In this document: one piece after another, positions 29,206 to 38,093 of the stretch
Layout of the letters: each line of letters begins with the position of its first letter
How positions within the stretch are numbered: the first letter of the stretch is position 1
Origin: Candidatus Latescibacterota bacterium
GTDB lineage: Bacteria > Latescibacterota > UBA2968
NCBI GenBank assembly: GCA_965214925.1
Contig: OZ244028.1
Span: 3,863,009-3,927,008 of the forward strand
Direction of reading: 5' to 3'
DNA: 64,000 bases
Notes under the pieces: generated by a model
What the model was told of the DNA's origin: nothing
The model's input: only the letters and a program-made list of their open reading frames with translations
Databases searched by the model: none
Made by a program: the position numbers and the translations under genes

Positions 29206-30381
29206 CTAAAAATATGTCGCAACACTGCACAACACACCCGCGCCGAGCTCTTCGACATTGTTGCGGTCGCGGCCCCAATTGTAGAAATAGTTGAATTTGA
29301 ATACCGAATCTGGTGAAGACCTGAAATTGACCCCCAATGTCAGGCGCGTTTGGTGATCTCCTGTTATGTCGGCATCAAAATCAACCCAATCGCAGCGTAC
29401 AACACCTTCAAAATGACCATCTGGGATCGCGGGCAGTGCATCTTTGAGAAACGATGCACTCCCTTGAACATAAAAACCCCGCTGCTTAGACGCGTAAATC
29501 GTTCCCATCAATCCAGGAGGCAAATCTATGGACGCGCGTGCGTATTCGCCTAAAAAATGAAATCGGTTCCAGGCATAATCAGCGTCGAGTGCAAAAAGCG
29601 TCACATGCCGGGCCTCATCGACCGAAATATCTTCTAAAAACGTCGTATTGTATTGCCCCCGGTGAAAGGAGACCCCAAAATCTGCTTCGGGTGTTGGGCT
29701 AATGCCAAATCGTCCGGTAATTGCCGGGCTGTTGTTGTTGTCTTCGATATTACGGCGTCCTTCGGCAATGCGCGTCCCTTCATCGCTCTCTCCGACCACA
29801 TCGCTATCCAGGCCATTCACAGCGTAAAATTCATACGTCAGACGCGTTTTAGGTAATGGATAAAACGCGCCAAAAATCCCCGCGCCAGGCTCTGATAACG
29901 CCGTTGGAATAATCTGGGTACTCACCAGAGGTCGATCTGTCATCTTATTGGAAGGACTGTCATGGGCCAAATTGAACTTTCCCAGTGGCGAAAGCAACAT
30001 GCCTGCCCGAACTGTGAGTGCTGGATGAAGTTCAAAATCGAGAATGGCCAACTCGAGCAAAATTTCCTCAGTCCCTTCCTCAAACTCCAACTCAGCCGCC
30101 ATCCTGAAACGCTCAGATACAAAAGAGTGAAAAAACATATTGAACCGCTTGGGGACAAATGTGCGTTCTTCCACAATGCCATCTACTTTCTCAAATCGAA
30201 AATGCACCTCGGCGTATCCACCAAAATTTGCCTTACCCGAAGCGAGCTTAAACAAATGGGGCTTGTCGTAGAATCCACCTTTTACAAAGAGCCGGGGCGC
30301 GTTTTCACCTTCTGTTTGGGCATCGACACGCGCACCCAAACAAATGAACACCCCCAACAAAGTGAGACCGAACCGTTTCAT
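29206..30381 (-). CDS. Outer-membrane beta-barrel protein (porin-like)
   Basis: Signal peptide MKRFGLTLLGVFICLGARVDAQ, alternating amphipathic beta-strands, and a C-terminal aromatic ending ...VATYF. Confidence 0.6.
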   Translation of the reverse strand: MKRFGLTLLGVFICLGARVDAQTEGENAPRLFVKGGFYDKPHLFKLASGKANFGGYAEVHFRFEKVDGIVEERTFVPKRFNMFFHSFVSERFRMAAELEFEEGTEEILLELAILDFELHPALTVRAGMLLSPLGKFNLAHDSPSNKMTDRPLVSTQIIPTALSEPGAGIFGAFYPLPKTRLTYEFYAVNGLDSDVVGESDEGTRIAEGRRNIEDNNNSPAITGRFGISPTPEADFGVSFHRGQYNTTFLEDISVDEARHVTLFALDADYAWNRFHFLGEYARASIDLPPGLMGTIYASKQRGFYVQGSASFLKDALPAIPDGHFEGVVRCDWVDFDADITGDHQTRLTLGVNFRSSPDSVFKFNYFYNWGRDRNNVEELGAGVLCSVATYF

Positions 30382-30385
30382 TGCC

Positions 30386-30829
30386 CTACTCTTCTTTTTT
30401 GATGTAAATCTCAATGCCTTCGGCAGACATTTTTGTTTTGTAACGCGCCAGAGGTTGCTCTGCAGGACCGCGAACAGCATTGCCCTCTAAATCAAACGTC
30501 GACCCGTGACAGGGACACAACAAGAAATGCTTTGACGGCCTGATAAAACAGCGCAAATGTGTGCAAACAGCCGAAAATGCTCGATAAGCGTCTTTTTGCC
30601 GGATAAGAATGAGCGGGTCTGCAACACCACGGACGCGAAGCTGAATCATCCCGCCCCACTGCCCCAGTTCGGAATAGTCTGTCGGGTCGATCAGAACCCG
30701 ACCATCTGTAGAGTTAACCCGGTAAACAGACGCGGTTGCACACCCAAAAACCACACCGACAATCAACGCATTTGAAGTCGCCAAAAACTCGCGGCGCGTT
30801 GGGCAAAATTCGCATGCGGATCGATTCAT
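30386..30829 (-). CDS. Rieske [2Fe-2S] domain protein with Tat signal
   Basis: Twin-arginine motif RREFLATS. Rieske boxes CTHLRC and CPCHGS. Confidence 0.8.
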   Translation of the reverse strand: MNRSACEFCPTRREFLATSNALIVGVVFGCATASVYRVNSTDGRVLIDPTDYSELGQWGGMIQLRVRGVADPLILIRQKDAYRAFSAVCTHLRCFIRPSKHFLLCPCHGSTFDLEGNAVRGPAEQPLARYKTKMSAEGIEIYIKKEE

Positions 30830-30847
30830 AAATCGCTCCTACAGATC

Positions 30848-32062
30848 CTACAGCGAAAGCAAAAACGCCAGAAGTGCCTCTCGATCCGCTACACTCAATC
30901 TCGCAAATCGATCGCGTGAAGCCCGCGCTTCGCCATCGTGCATCAAAATAGCTTCACTCAAATCGGACGTGCGCCCATCGTGCAAATAGTGAACTGTGCC
31001 ACCCAAATTGTCAGCCGCCAGGCGCAAGCCTACAAGCGGTGGGGTGCGCCACTCGCGTCCATTGGCAGTCCAATCGGCTCTGTTGTCAGCCAGACCTGCC
31101 CCCATATCGTGCAAAAGCATATCGGTATAAAGCGGCGCGTCAACGAGATTGAGAGAGGGGATTTCGCTTGGGCCTGTCTTTAACACAGGCACATGGCAAG
31201 ATGCACACCCTATCTGATTGAAAAGCGCGTCTCCTCGTTGAACCTGGGGCGTAATATCGCCCCGTTTGGGCACAGCCAATGTGCGAATGTACATCAACAC
31301 ATCCAGCACTTCAGTCGCAGGCACCTCGGGATCTGGCGCGGTATCGCTCAAAGACAAATCAGCTACGCGTGGATGCAGTGATTCTTCGGGCATATAATCG
31401 GTCGTAATGCCTATATCGTCGTGATAAGCCGCCACAATCTGGTGCAACAGCGATGCGACATTGGCCTTAAGGCCGAATCGGCCAACGGCCATGCCAGGTC
31501 CTGCCCCATTCATATAAGGCGGAACAAAATCGGGTGGTTTCACCCAATTCACGCGCCCAGAAATCCCATCGCCATCTGCATCGTCGGGATCGGCAAGCGC
31601 GATAATTGTTTCATCCGGAATAAACTCCATTAAGCCCCGCGCAAAAACCGGGGGAGGCATTCGCACCGAAGTCTCAGCGCCAGGTGGAATGGTTTCGGGA
31701 TCTACTCCGGGAATGCTGTGATCCTGAAGTTGCGGCCCGCCCAGTGTTGGCACGAGATCGCCATTGATGCTAAAACGCGTCAGTGCCATTGCCGGCGTGC
31801 CCCGGCCGTCTGCGGGATGACAGGTTTCACAACTAGGCTGATTAAAAATTGGACCCAACCCATCTGAAATCGTAAAAACCCGTGCAAACTGTTCGTCACC
31901 TCGGGCAAATGCCGCCATAATAGAAGGGGGATTGTCCATGGGGGCATCTGTTGTATCATCAGGCGCAGTCGTCAACAATTTGCCACATCCAAAAAAAAAT
32001 AACAGAGGGACAAAAAAAGGCGTTCCACGCACGAGATGAAAAATATATCGGGGAAAAGTCAT
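30848..32062 (-). CDS. Di-haem cytochrome c family lipoprotein (DUF1111, 'thiol oxidoreductase'/peroxidase-like)
   Basis: Two CxxCH haem-binding motifs (CETCH, CASCH). Lipoprotein signal LLFFFGCG. Confidence 0.75.
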   Translation of the reverse strand: MTFPRYIFHLVRGTPFFVPLLFFFGCGKLLTTAPDDTTDAPMDNPPSIMAAFARGDEQFARVFTISDGLGPIFNQPSCETCHPADGRGTPAMALTRFSINGDLVPTLGGPQLQDHSIPGVDPETIPPGAETSVRMPPPVFARGLMEFIPDETIIALADPDDADGDGISGRVNWVKPPDFVPPYMNGAGPGMAVGRFGLKANVASLLHQIVAAYHDDIGITTDYMPEESLHPRVADLSLSDTAPDPEVPATEVLDVLMYIRTLAVPKRGDITPQVQRGDALFNQIGCASCHVPVLKTGPSEIPSLNLVDAPLYTDMLLHDMGAGLADNRADWTANGREWRTPPLVGLRLAADNLGGTVHYLHDGRTSDLSEAILMHDGEARASRDRFARLSVADREALLAFLLSL

Positions 32063-32301
32063 GGCCTTATATTCTTATGCGACTTTAAAATTTTGTGAAC
32101 ATTAAATTTTTTTTAGCTATAACTAAAAATATATTTTTAACCGATAAAAGTCAAGAAAATTTCTCTGTCGAGCTCAACCTCCCCAAAATTTTTACACGGG
32201 CTTAAAATTCACCTATTAAACACATAATCGGGCATATCGAAATGACTCGACATGCCCGATTTATCACTGCGCCACAGCTCAGCTTATGTCGCAGGTCGCG
32301 T

Positions 32302-33081
32302 TCAAAAAGCAGTGGGACGGCCCTGCGCGCCATCCACGGGAATGGACGCGCCGTTGATCCAACTTGCGCGGTCGGATGAGAGAAATACGACGACATCCGC
32401 GACTTCAAAATCCGTGCCGAGTCGCTGCGCGGGAAATTCGCGCGCGCGGAATGTTTCGTATTGTTCCGGATTTTCATTTTTGAAGCGTTCCCAACCGCCG
32501 CCAGGAAAAAAGAGCGACCCCGGGCACACGGTGTTGACGCGGATGTTGTGCGGTGCCAATTCCCATGCCAGCGCGCCCGCGAGAAAGATCTCAGCCGCTT
32601 TGGTCGCGCCGTATTGCGCGCCCCGGTTTGCGGGTTTCCAGCCAGAGATCGAAGAGATGGTAACAATGCTGCCACCTTTTCTTTTTTTTAATTGGGGAAC
32701 GGCCGCGCGACTAGCGCGAACCGCGTGAAAGAGGTTGAGGTCAAAGGTCTGCTGCCAGTCCGCGTCTGTAGATGTGAGCAATTCGCGCGACCCAGATGTG
32801 CCCCCCACATTGTTGACGAGAATATCCACGCCGCGGAGCGCGGTGGCCGCGGCATGGACAAAACGCTCGATTTCGCCGGGTTTGGCAACGTCGAGGGCGA
32901 GTCCATAAGCCTCAACATTGTGCGCGCGAATTTCTTCGAGTACCCGGTTTATGCCCGCTTGCCCGCGCGCGCACAAGGCGACGCGACAACCTTCTGCGGC
33001 AAATCGCAATGCGGTTGCGCGGCCAATGCCGCGGCTGCCCCCAGTGATGAGGGCGACTTTGTCGGTGAGATTGAGGTCCAT
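32302..33081 (-). CDS. SDR-family oxidoreductase
   Basis: TGGSRGIG nucleotide motif, NNVG, and catalytic YGATK. Start at MDLNLTDK. Confidence 0.85.
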   Translation of the reverse strand: MDLNLTDKVALITGGSRGIGRATALRFAAEGCRVALCARGQAGINRVLEEIRAHNVEAYGLALDVAKPGEIERFVHAAATALRGVDILVNNVGGTSGSRELLTSTDADWQQTFDLNLFHAVRASRAAVPQLKKRKGGSIVTISSISGWKPANRGAQYGATKAAEIFLAGALAWELAPHNIRVNTVCPGSLFFPGGGWERFKNENPEQYETFRAREFPAQRLGTDFEVADVVVFLSSDRASWINGASIPVDGAQGRPTAF

Positions 33082-33097
33082 AATCGGCTCGGGATTT

Positions 33098-34264
33098 TTA
33101 GGATTCGCAGGATACTGTCGGCGGGTTGGCAAAGTCGTGATAGCGTTCGCGGACATTGCCCTCAGTGGCGTCGCCTGCGTGAAAATAATAGCGATATATG
33201 CCCACGAGCGACGCGCCCTGCGGCAAGGTGTGATGCCCGCGACGACTTTCGTCACCAGAGAAATATGACAGGCCAAAGGGATTGGCCGTCATCAACCCGT
33301 AATTTCGCACGTGCCAGTATGTGGGATGCCGAAAACTATCGGGATGATCCATGATCGCAATGCCCGTGACATTGCCATTTACGGGCCCTGAATAATGACA
33401 CCACGGCGCGCGTTTTCCCCAGGTCTCGTCCTCGTTGATACCGCCAATGCCATTCTCAATTTTGCCGCCGAGGCCGCGTTTTACCTCCATCGTCTCTTCC
33501 ACGCGAATAGAGGCCAGACCGCCTTCTTTTGTATCGCCGAACAGCACATCCATATTCCGAGCCATGAGCGTGAGGTGCAAATCCAGGATCCGCACGGAAG
33601 GGGGCGTGTTGTACACGATCCACTCCGCGCGCTGATCCAAAATCTCTCGCTTCCTGCCCGGAGGTCCGGTCCACCCATCCATGCCCACCCAGTCACTTTT
33701 CGATACCATCCGTCCCAAAACAGGGCCCCCCTCCAGCGCGTCAAAGCCCCGATGCAAAATGCGGCCGTGAGAAGCACCCTCTGACCAGTTGTCCGCGCCA
33801 TTCACTTCTCCGTGCGCGATCCATAAAGACCGGTGGTGATGGTGATCCATTTCTCGGCCGTCCCGTGGCGTTGCCAACCGCCGCGTCACCGGATCGCCAT
33901 AAGGGCCGATCACCGGATACAAATGCGGCCGCGCCAGATGCTCGCCATAACAATAGGTCGTAAAATGTTGCCCACCAATCGAGATGGATACCTCATCTCG
34001 ACCTTGCGTGACTTCCACGCCGGGGCCGCTGTGCTTGGGTTTGTGTTCCAATGCAAGGGCGTACTCAGCGGTCTTTTCCGCGTCGAGATTTGCCACGATG
34101 AAATCAACTCGCAACCCACCGCGCACGAGTTTTACCTGACATGGGACTTCTTCGTTGCCCGTGCTCAGTGTTGCGGTTGTAGCACTGTGTGGCACAACCA
34201 CCGAAACCGGACAGTTAATCCGATTGTGTGGGCCCGCGTGAACCGTCAGTTTTACTGTTGCCAT
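33098..34264 (-). CDS. PmoA-family (DUF6807-like) protein
   Basis: Signature WHVRNYGLMTANPFG, typical of the PmoA/'methane oxygenase PmoA-like' family that is often linked to Gfo/Idh/MocA genes. Start at the second ATG of ATGGCAATGGCA, 7 nt after AGGAG. Confidence 0.6.
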   Translation of the reverse strand: MATVKLTVHAGPHNRINCPVSVVVPHSATTATLSTGNEEVPCQVKLVRGGLRVDFIVANLDAEKTAEYALALEHKPKHSGPGVEVTQGRDEVSISIGGQHFTTYCYGEHLARPHLYPVIGPYGDPVTRRLATPRDGREMDHHHHRSLWIAHGEVNGADNWSEGASHGRILHRGFDALEGGPVLGRMVSKSDWVGMDGWTGPPGRKREILDQRAEWIVYNTPPSVRILDLHLTLMARNMDVLFGDTKEGGLASIRVEETMEVKRGLGGKIENGIGGINEDETWGKRAPWCHYSGPVNGNVTGIAIMDHPDSFRHPTYWHVRNYGLMTANPFGLSYFSGDESRRGHHTLPQGASLVGIYRYYFHAGDATEGNVRERYHDFANPPTVSCES

Positions 34265-34422
34265 TGCCATTCTCCTCTCAAGGTGTAAGACGAATATCAG
34301 GTGTATGAGATTACGGAATCTATTTCCAAAGTCAAGCAAAAGCCGTTGACATCCTCCATGGGGGCAATTATCATAGATCAGCAGCGAAAAACCTTCATTT
34401 TCAATTTACCTCGGAGATCAAC

Positions 34423-35352
34423 ATGTCCATTCTCGTCACCGGAGGCTCTGGCTTTGTCGGTTCATGGGTTGCCAAACTCTTGGCTGAAGAAGGCGAAGAC
34501 GTCATCGCCTTTGACGTGTTTGAACGGCGCGACGATTTTTTGTCCCATGTCGCGGATCGCATCACCTTCGTTGAGGGCAATATCCTAGGCATCGCGCATC
34601 TCAATGAAATTGTACGCAACGCGCCCGACCTCACGGGCATTGTTCACACCGCCGCGCTTTTGGGGGGAGACGTGCGCGACAATCCCCATTTTGCAACCCA
34701 GGTCAACGTGGGTGGCACGCACAATGTCCTCGAAGTTGCCCGTCAGGTTGGCGGGCTGAAAGTCGTCTATATATCCAGCGGTGCAGTCTATGGCAAACAA
34801 GAAGGGCCCCTTACCGAAGACATGCCCATGATACCCAGCGACCCCTATGGCGCTACCAAAGCCATGGCCGAACACCTCTGTCACCAGTATTATGCGACTT
34901 ATGGCGTCGATGTGCTATGCGCCCGTCTCTTCTTTCTGTATGGACCACCCAATGCCCCTGGTCCCGACGCGGGCTTTAACACGCGCATTTTTGCCGGGCT
35001 AGATGGGCAGGATGTGCACTTGCCAAAAGGCCGCGAACAAAAGGCCGACTGGACCTACATCGAAGACGCAGCGCGCGGCGCCTTGCTCATGCTCAGGGCG
35101 ACAAACGTCGCCCATCGATCCTTTAACATTGCGACGGGCATGTACAACGCCATTGACGAAATCATCGAAGTCGTGCGCCGGCATTCTCCGGGCACTCCGG
35201 TCTATGAGGTCGGCCCAGGCGTCAACCTCGAGCGCGGCGCGCCTCTCGACATTACCCGCGCCAGAGATCAACTCGGTTACGAACCCCGATACGACCTCGA
35301 AGCCGGTGTTCGGGCTTACCGCGCTTGGTTTGATCAACGGAAAGCCAAATAA
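34423..35352 (+). CDS. NAD-dependent epimerase/dehydratase family protein
   Basis: ILVTGGSGFVGS Rossmann motif and the catalytic YGATK of extended SDRs. Confidence 0.85.
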   Translation: MSILVTGGSGFVGSWVAKLLAEEGEDVIAFDVFERRDDFLSHVADRITFVEGNILGIAHLNEIVRNAPDLTGIVHTAALLGGDVRDNPHFATQVNVGGTHNVLEVARQVGGLKVVYISSGAVYGKQEGPLTEDMPMIPSDPYGATKAMAEHLCHQYYATYGVDVLCARLFFLYGPPNAPGPDAGFNTRIFAGLDGQDVHLPKGREQKADWTYIEDAARGALLMLRATNVAHRSFNIATGMYNAIDEIIEVVRRHSPGTPVYEVGPGVNLERGAPLDITRARDQLGYEPRYDLEAGVRAYRAWFDQRKAK

Positions 35353-35366
35353 ACGAGGAAAAAATC

Positions 35367-36305
35367 ATGCCAAACAAAACCATTCGCTACTTGGATGATG
35401 GCAGCATCGAACTTTTTGAACGGGCAGTTCCCGATCCCGATGTGGGCGAAATTCAAATCAAAGGCGGCGCGTGTGGGATCTGCTCGTGGGATGTGGTGAC
35501 AGCTAAACTCGGCAATCAAATGCACCCCATGGCACCGCCGGGGCACGAAGGGGTTGGGTATGTCGCCAAAGTGGGTGCCGATGTCAAGGGCTTCAAAGAA
35601 GGCGACCGCGTCGCCGGGGGCGGGTTTGCCCACATCCGCAACCTATCGGCACAGCGCGTCCACAAAATCCCGGAATCCGACCTGCCGGACGAATACTGGA
35701 TCGTCGAGCCTGTAGCCTGTGCTGTCACCGGCATTGACCATTGCCAGATTCAGCCCGGCTATCGCATCGCGGTGATCGGCTGCGGATTTATGGGCCTGTT
35801 GATCCTGCAAGGGCTTCTCCACTGTCCTCTCGGCGATTTGATCGGCATGGATATCGTGCAAAGCCGTCTGGACCTCGCGCAGCAACTCGGCGTTGGCGAA
35901 GTCCATAACACCGCGCATGGCGACCTTTCCGATTTGTCTCGTGAACTCAAATCGAGAGAGATTGACGTCGTCGTCGATACCTCTGGCAGCCAGGCTGGTC
36001 TGGACCTCGCCACCGATATTGTGAAACGCGGAGGACGCATCAATCTCTTTGGTTGGATCAAGGGGCAGACCGCGACCTTTGACCCCACAAAGTGGCACTT
36101 GGGCGGCTTTACCGTGGTCAATTCCGCGCCGGCTTCAAAACTGCGCCACACTTTTGGGCCTGCGATTCGCCTCATTCACAAAGGCATTATAGATCTCAAA
36201 CCGCTGGTGACACACACGGCACCTCTCGAAAATTATCCGGCTTTAATGGCGCGAATTTTAGCGGGCGACGCGCGCTATATCAAAGGGGTTGTGACGCTCA
36301 AATAG
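35367..36305 (+). CDS. Zinc-binding medium-chain dehydrogenase (threonine/sorbitol dehydrogenase-like)
   Basis: GGACGICSWD and GHEGVGYV zinc-ligand motifs. GCGFMG nucleotide-binding motif. Confidence 0.85.
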   Translation: MPNKTIRYLDDGSIELFERAVPDPDVGEIQIKGGACGICSWDVVTAKLGNQMHPMAPPGHEGVGYVAKVGADVKGFKEGDRVAGGGFAHIRNLSAQRVHKIPESDLPDEYWIVEPVACAVTGIDHCQIQPGYRIAVIGCGFMGLLILQGLLHCPLGDLIGMDIVQSRLDLAQQLGVGEVHNTAHGDLSDLSRELKSREIDVVVDTSGSQAGLDLATDIVKRGGRINLFGWIKGQTATFDPTKWHLGGFTVVNSAPASKLRHTFGPAIRLIHKGIIDLKPLVTHTAPLENYPALMARILAGDARYIKGVVTLK

Positions 36306-36368
36306 ATTTGGGACACAGGTATGTCACGGGAAGAAAATGATGGGTGTTGGCCTTGTTAGACCACCGCG

Positions 36369-37100
36369 TTACTTCTCAATCGCGTTTGTCCAGTAGGCTT
36401 CGAGTTTGTCCCGAGGTTCAAAGCCGAGTATTGTGCGTGCGCGCGCGTTTGGGAAGCGACAGTGCGGCAGATCTGTGGTGACAAAAAAAACTTCAAAGCG
36501 CGACGGGAGGGTTTGAAGATCTACTTCCAGCGCGCATTGAACGGCCTGTGCGGCATCTCGCGCCGAGACGCTGAGGGTGCTGTCATCGAGGTTCTGCGGG
36601 TCAGCAGTGGGTTCTCGAAAGCGCGAAAAGATGAGTGAGAGGACGTATAGCGGATGCTGTTCGCTGAAGAGTCGGCAGATTTCAAGGCCGAGTCCTTTGC
36701 TCATCGCATAGAGACCTGTGCCGGGTTGGGGCGGTATGTTTTCGGAAATGGTATGGTCGTAGTCGAGATAGGACGGGCCGACGAGTGAGAAGCGCGGGCC
36801 CGTGTTGATAAAGTGCTTCATGTTGAATGCAACCGCGGCGCGGAGTGCATGGTGCGTTCCCATTGTGTTCACACCGAAAGCGATTTTGCGATGCGAGCGT
36901 TGAACCGCGCAATTGATGATGGCGTCCATGCCTTCGGCAGCAGACATGACTTGCGCGAGGTCGGACACGTCGACTTGTCGCGTGTCGTGAGGGGAATCAA
37001 TGGGCATGAGGTCGGTAATGCGAAGTTGATGGCGGTCTTCAAGAGCTTTGACCAGATATGGGCCGAGAAACCCATTGCCACCGAGAAGGAGAACGTTCAT
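36369..37100 (-). CDS. NAD-dependent epimerase-like (atypical SDR) protein
   Basis: Start at MNVLLLGGNGFLGPYL (Rossmann), with a YAMSK catalytic dyad. The track's 447-aa ORF has an Arg/Pro-rich 5' extension that is unlikely to be coding. Confidence 0.7.
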   Translation of the reverse strand: MNVLLLGGNGFLGPYLVKALEDRHQLRITDLMPIDSPHDTRQVDVSDLAQVMSAAEGMDAIINCAVQRSHRKIAFGVNTMGTHHALRAAVAFNMKHFINTGPRFSLVGPSYLDYDHTISENIPPQPGTGLYAMSKGLGLEICRLFSEQHPLYVLSLIFSRFREPTADPQNLDDSTLSVSARDAAQAVQCALEVDLQTLPSRFEVFFVTTDLPHCRFPNARARTILGFEPRDKLEAYWTNAIEK

Positions 37101-37117
37101 GGCATAAATGTTAAACG

Positions 37118-37921
37118 CTAAATGACGCGCGGGCGTCGGGGTCGATAAGGGGGTTCGAGCAGGGCGCGTTGTGTGGGTGTAAATTCGTCGAGCACCGCTT
37201 CTACATCTGGCGGCAAATAGCGCGCGGAATAGGTCAGCGGGCCGGGGGAATATTTGTAGAGAATGGATCGGCGTTGGTGGTCGGCTATCCAGGGGAGCGT
37301 TCCATGTGCGAGTGCTTCGGTGAAGATGATCGCGGATCCAGCTTTTGCAGGGACCTGCTTTACAACCCCCATATCGCGATCTAAGAGTGCCACATCGCGG
37401 GGCGTTTTGTAATTGGATTTGTGGCTGCCTGGAATGCAGGCAAATCCGCCATCGCCGGGGTTGCAGTCGGTGAGCACCCACGAGACCACGGTGAGGCCAC
37501 AGCGCATGCGCCCGTTGTGAAATTGATAGAAGTGCGTCAGGTCGTCGGCAGTGCCACCGCCGTGCATGACATGGCCCTCGGCGCCTTTTTCCATGACGAT
37601 GCCGTAGAGGTGGTCGAGACGGCAGTCTTCGCGCAACAATTCTGTGAGGTAGGGCACGATGTTTGGATGGGCGAGCAAATCGCGGAAGGGTTGGCACCAG
37701 GGTTTGGGCCACGTGAGCATGCCGCCCAAATCCGTGCGCCCGTGTTTGCCTTTGAGTACTCTAGATTCGCCAGAGAGCGATTGCTCTTTGGGGCGAACGC
37801 GCATCTTGTCGGGGTTGTGGTCAATGGCTGTGTTGCACGCGGCAACTTCGTCGGGCGTGAGCGCGTTTTTAACGACGAGGTAGCCATTGAGGTCAAAGAA
37901 AAATTTTTCGTGTTCGTTCAT
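37118..37921 (-). CDS. Phytanoyl-CoA dioxygenase (PhyH) family Fe(II)/2OG oxygenase
   Basis: N-terminus FFFDLNGYLVVKNALTPDEV, typical of PhyH, with the H-x-D...H facial triad region. It forms an operon with the downstream epimerase. Confidence 0.8.
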   Translation of the reverse strand: MNEHEKFFFDLNGYLVVKNALTPDEVAACNTAIDHNPDKMRVRPKEQSLSGESRVLKGKHGRTDLGGMLTWPKPWCQPFRDLLAHPNIVPYLTELLREDCRLDHLYGIVMEKGAEGHVMHGGGTADDLTHFYQFHNGRMRCGLTVVSWVLTDCNPGDGGFACIPGSHKSNYKTPRDVALLDRDMGVVKQVPAKAGSAIIFTEALAHGTLPWIADHQRRSILYKYSPGPLTYSARYLPPDVEAVLDEFTPTQRALLEPPYRPRRPRVI

Positions 37922-38093
37922 GGGCGGGTTCCTATGGTGAAATTTCCAAGTCGCATTTTACACCGCTTAAATTCGCTCATTTTTTTTCATGAGTCAAATT
38001 AAACTTGTTGACTGAACAAATGTATAGTATATTGAGAAACACAATTTCGCGCAATAATACCGCCAATGATAAGGCGAGATTGGAGATTTAGCA

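Noticed and set aside
32692-34288. Plus-strand ORFs of 220 aa and 151 aa
   Set aside because: Antisense to the SDR and PmoA-family genes.
37960-38093. Putative sigma-70 promoter (TTGACT … TATAGT/TATATT) upstream of mod
   Set aside because: Spacer lengths (9-14 nt) do not fit the 16-18 nt consensus, so the promoter call is not supportable from sequence alone.
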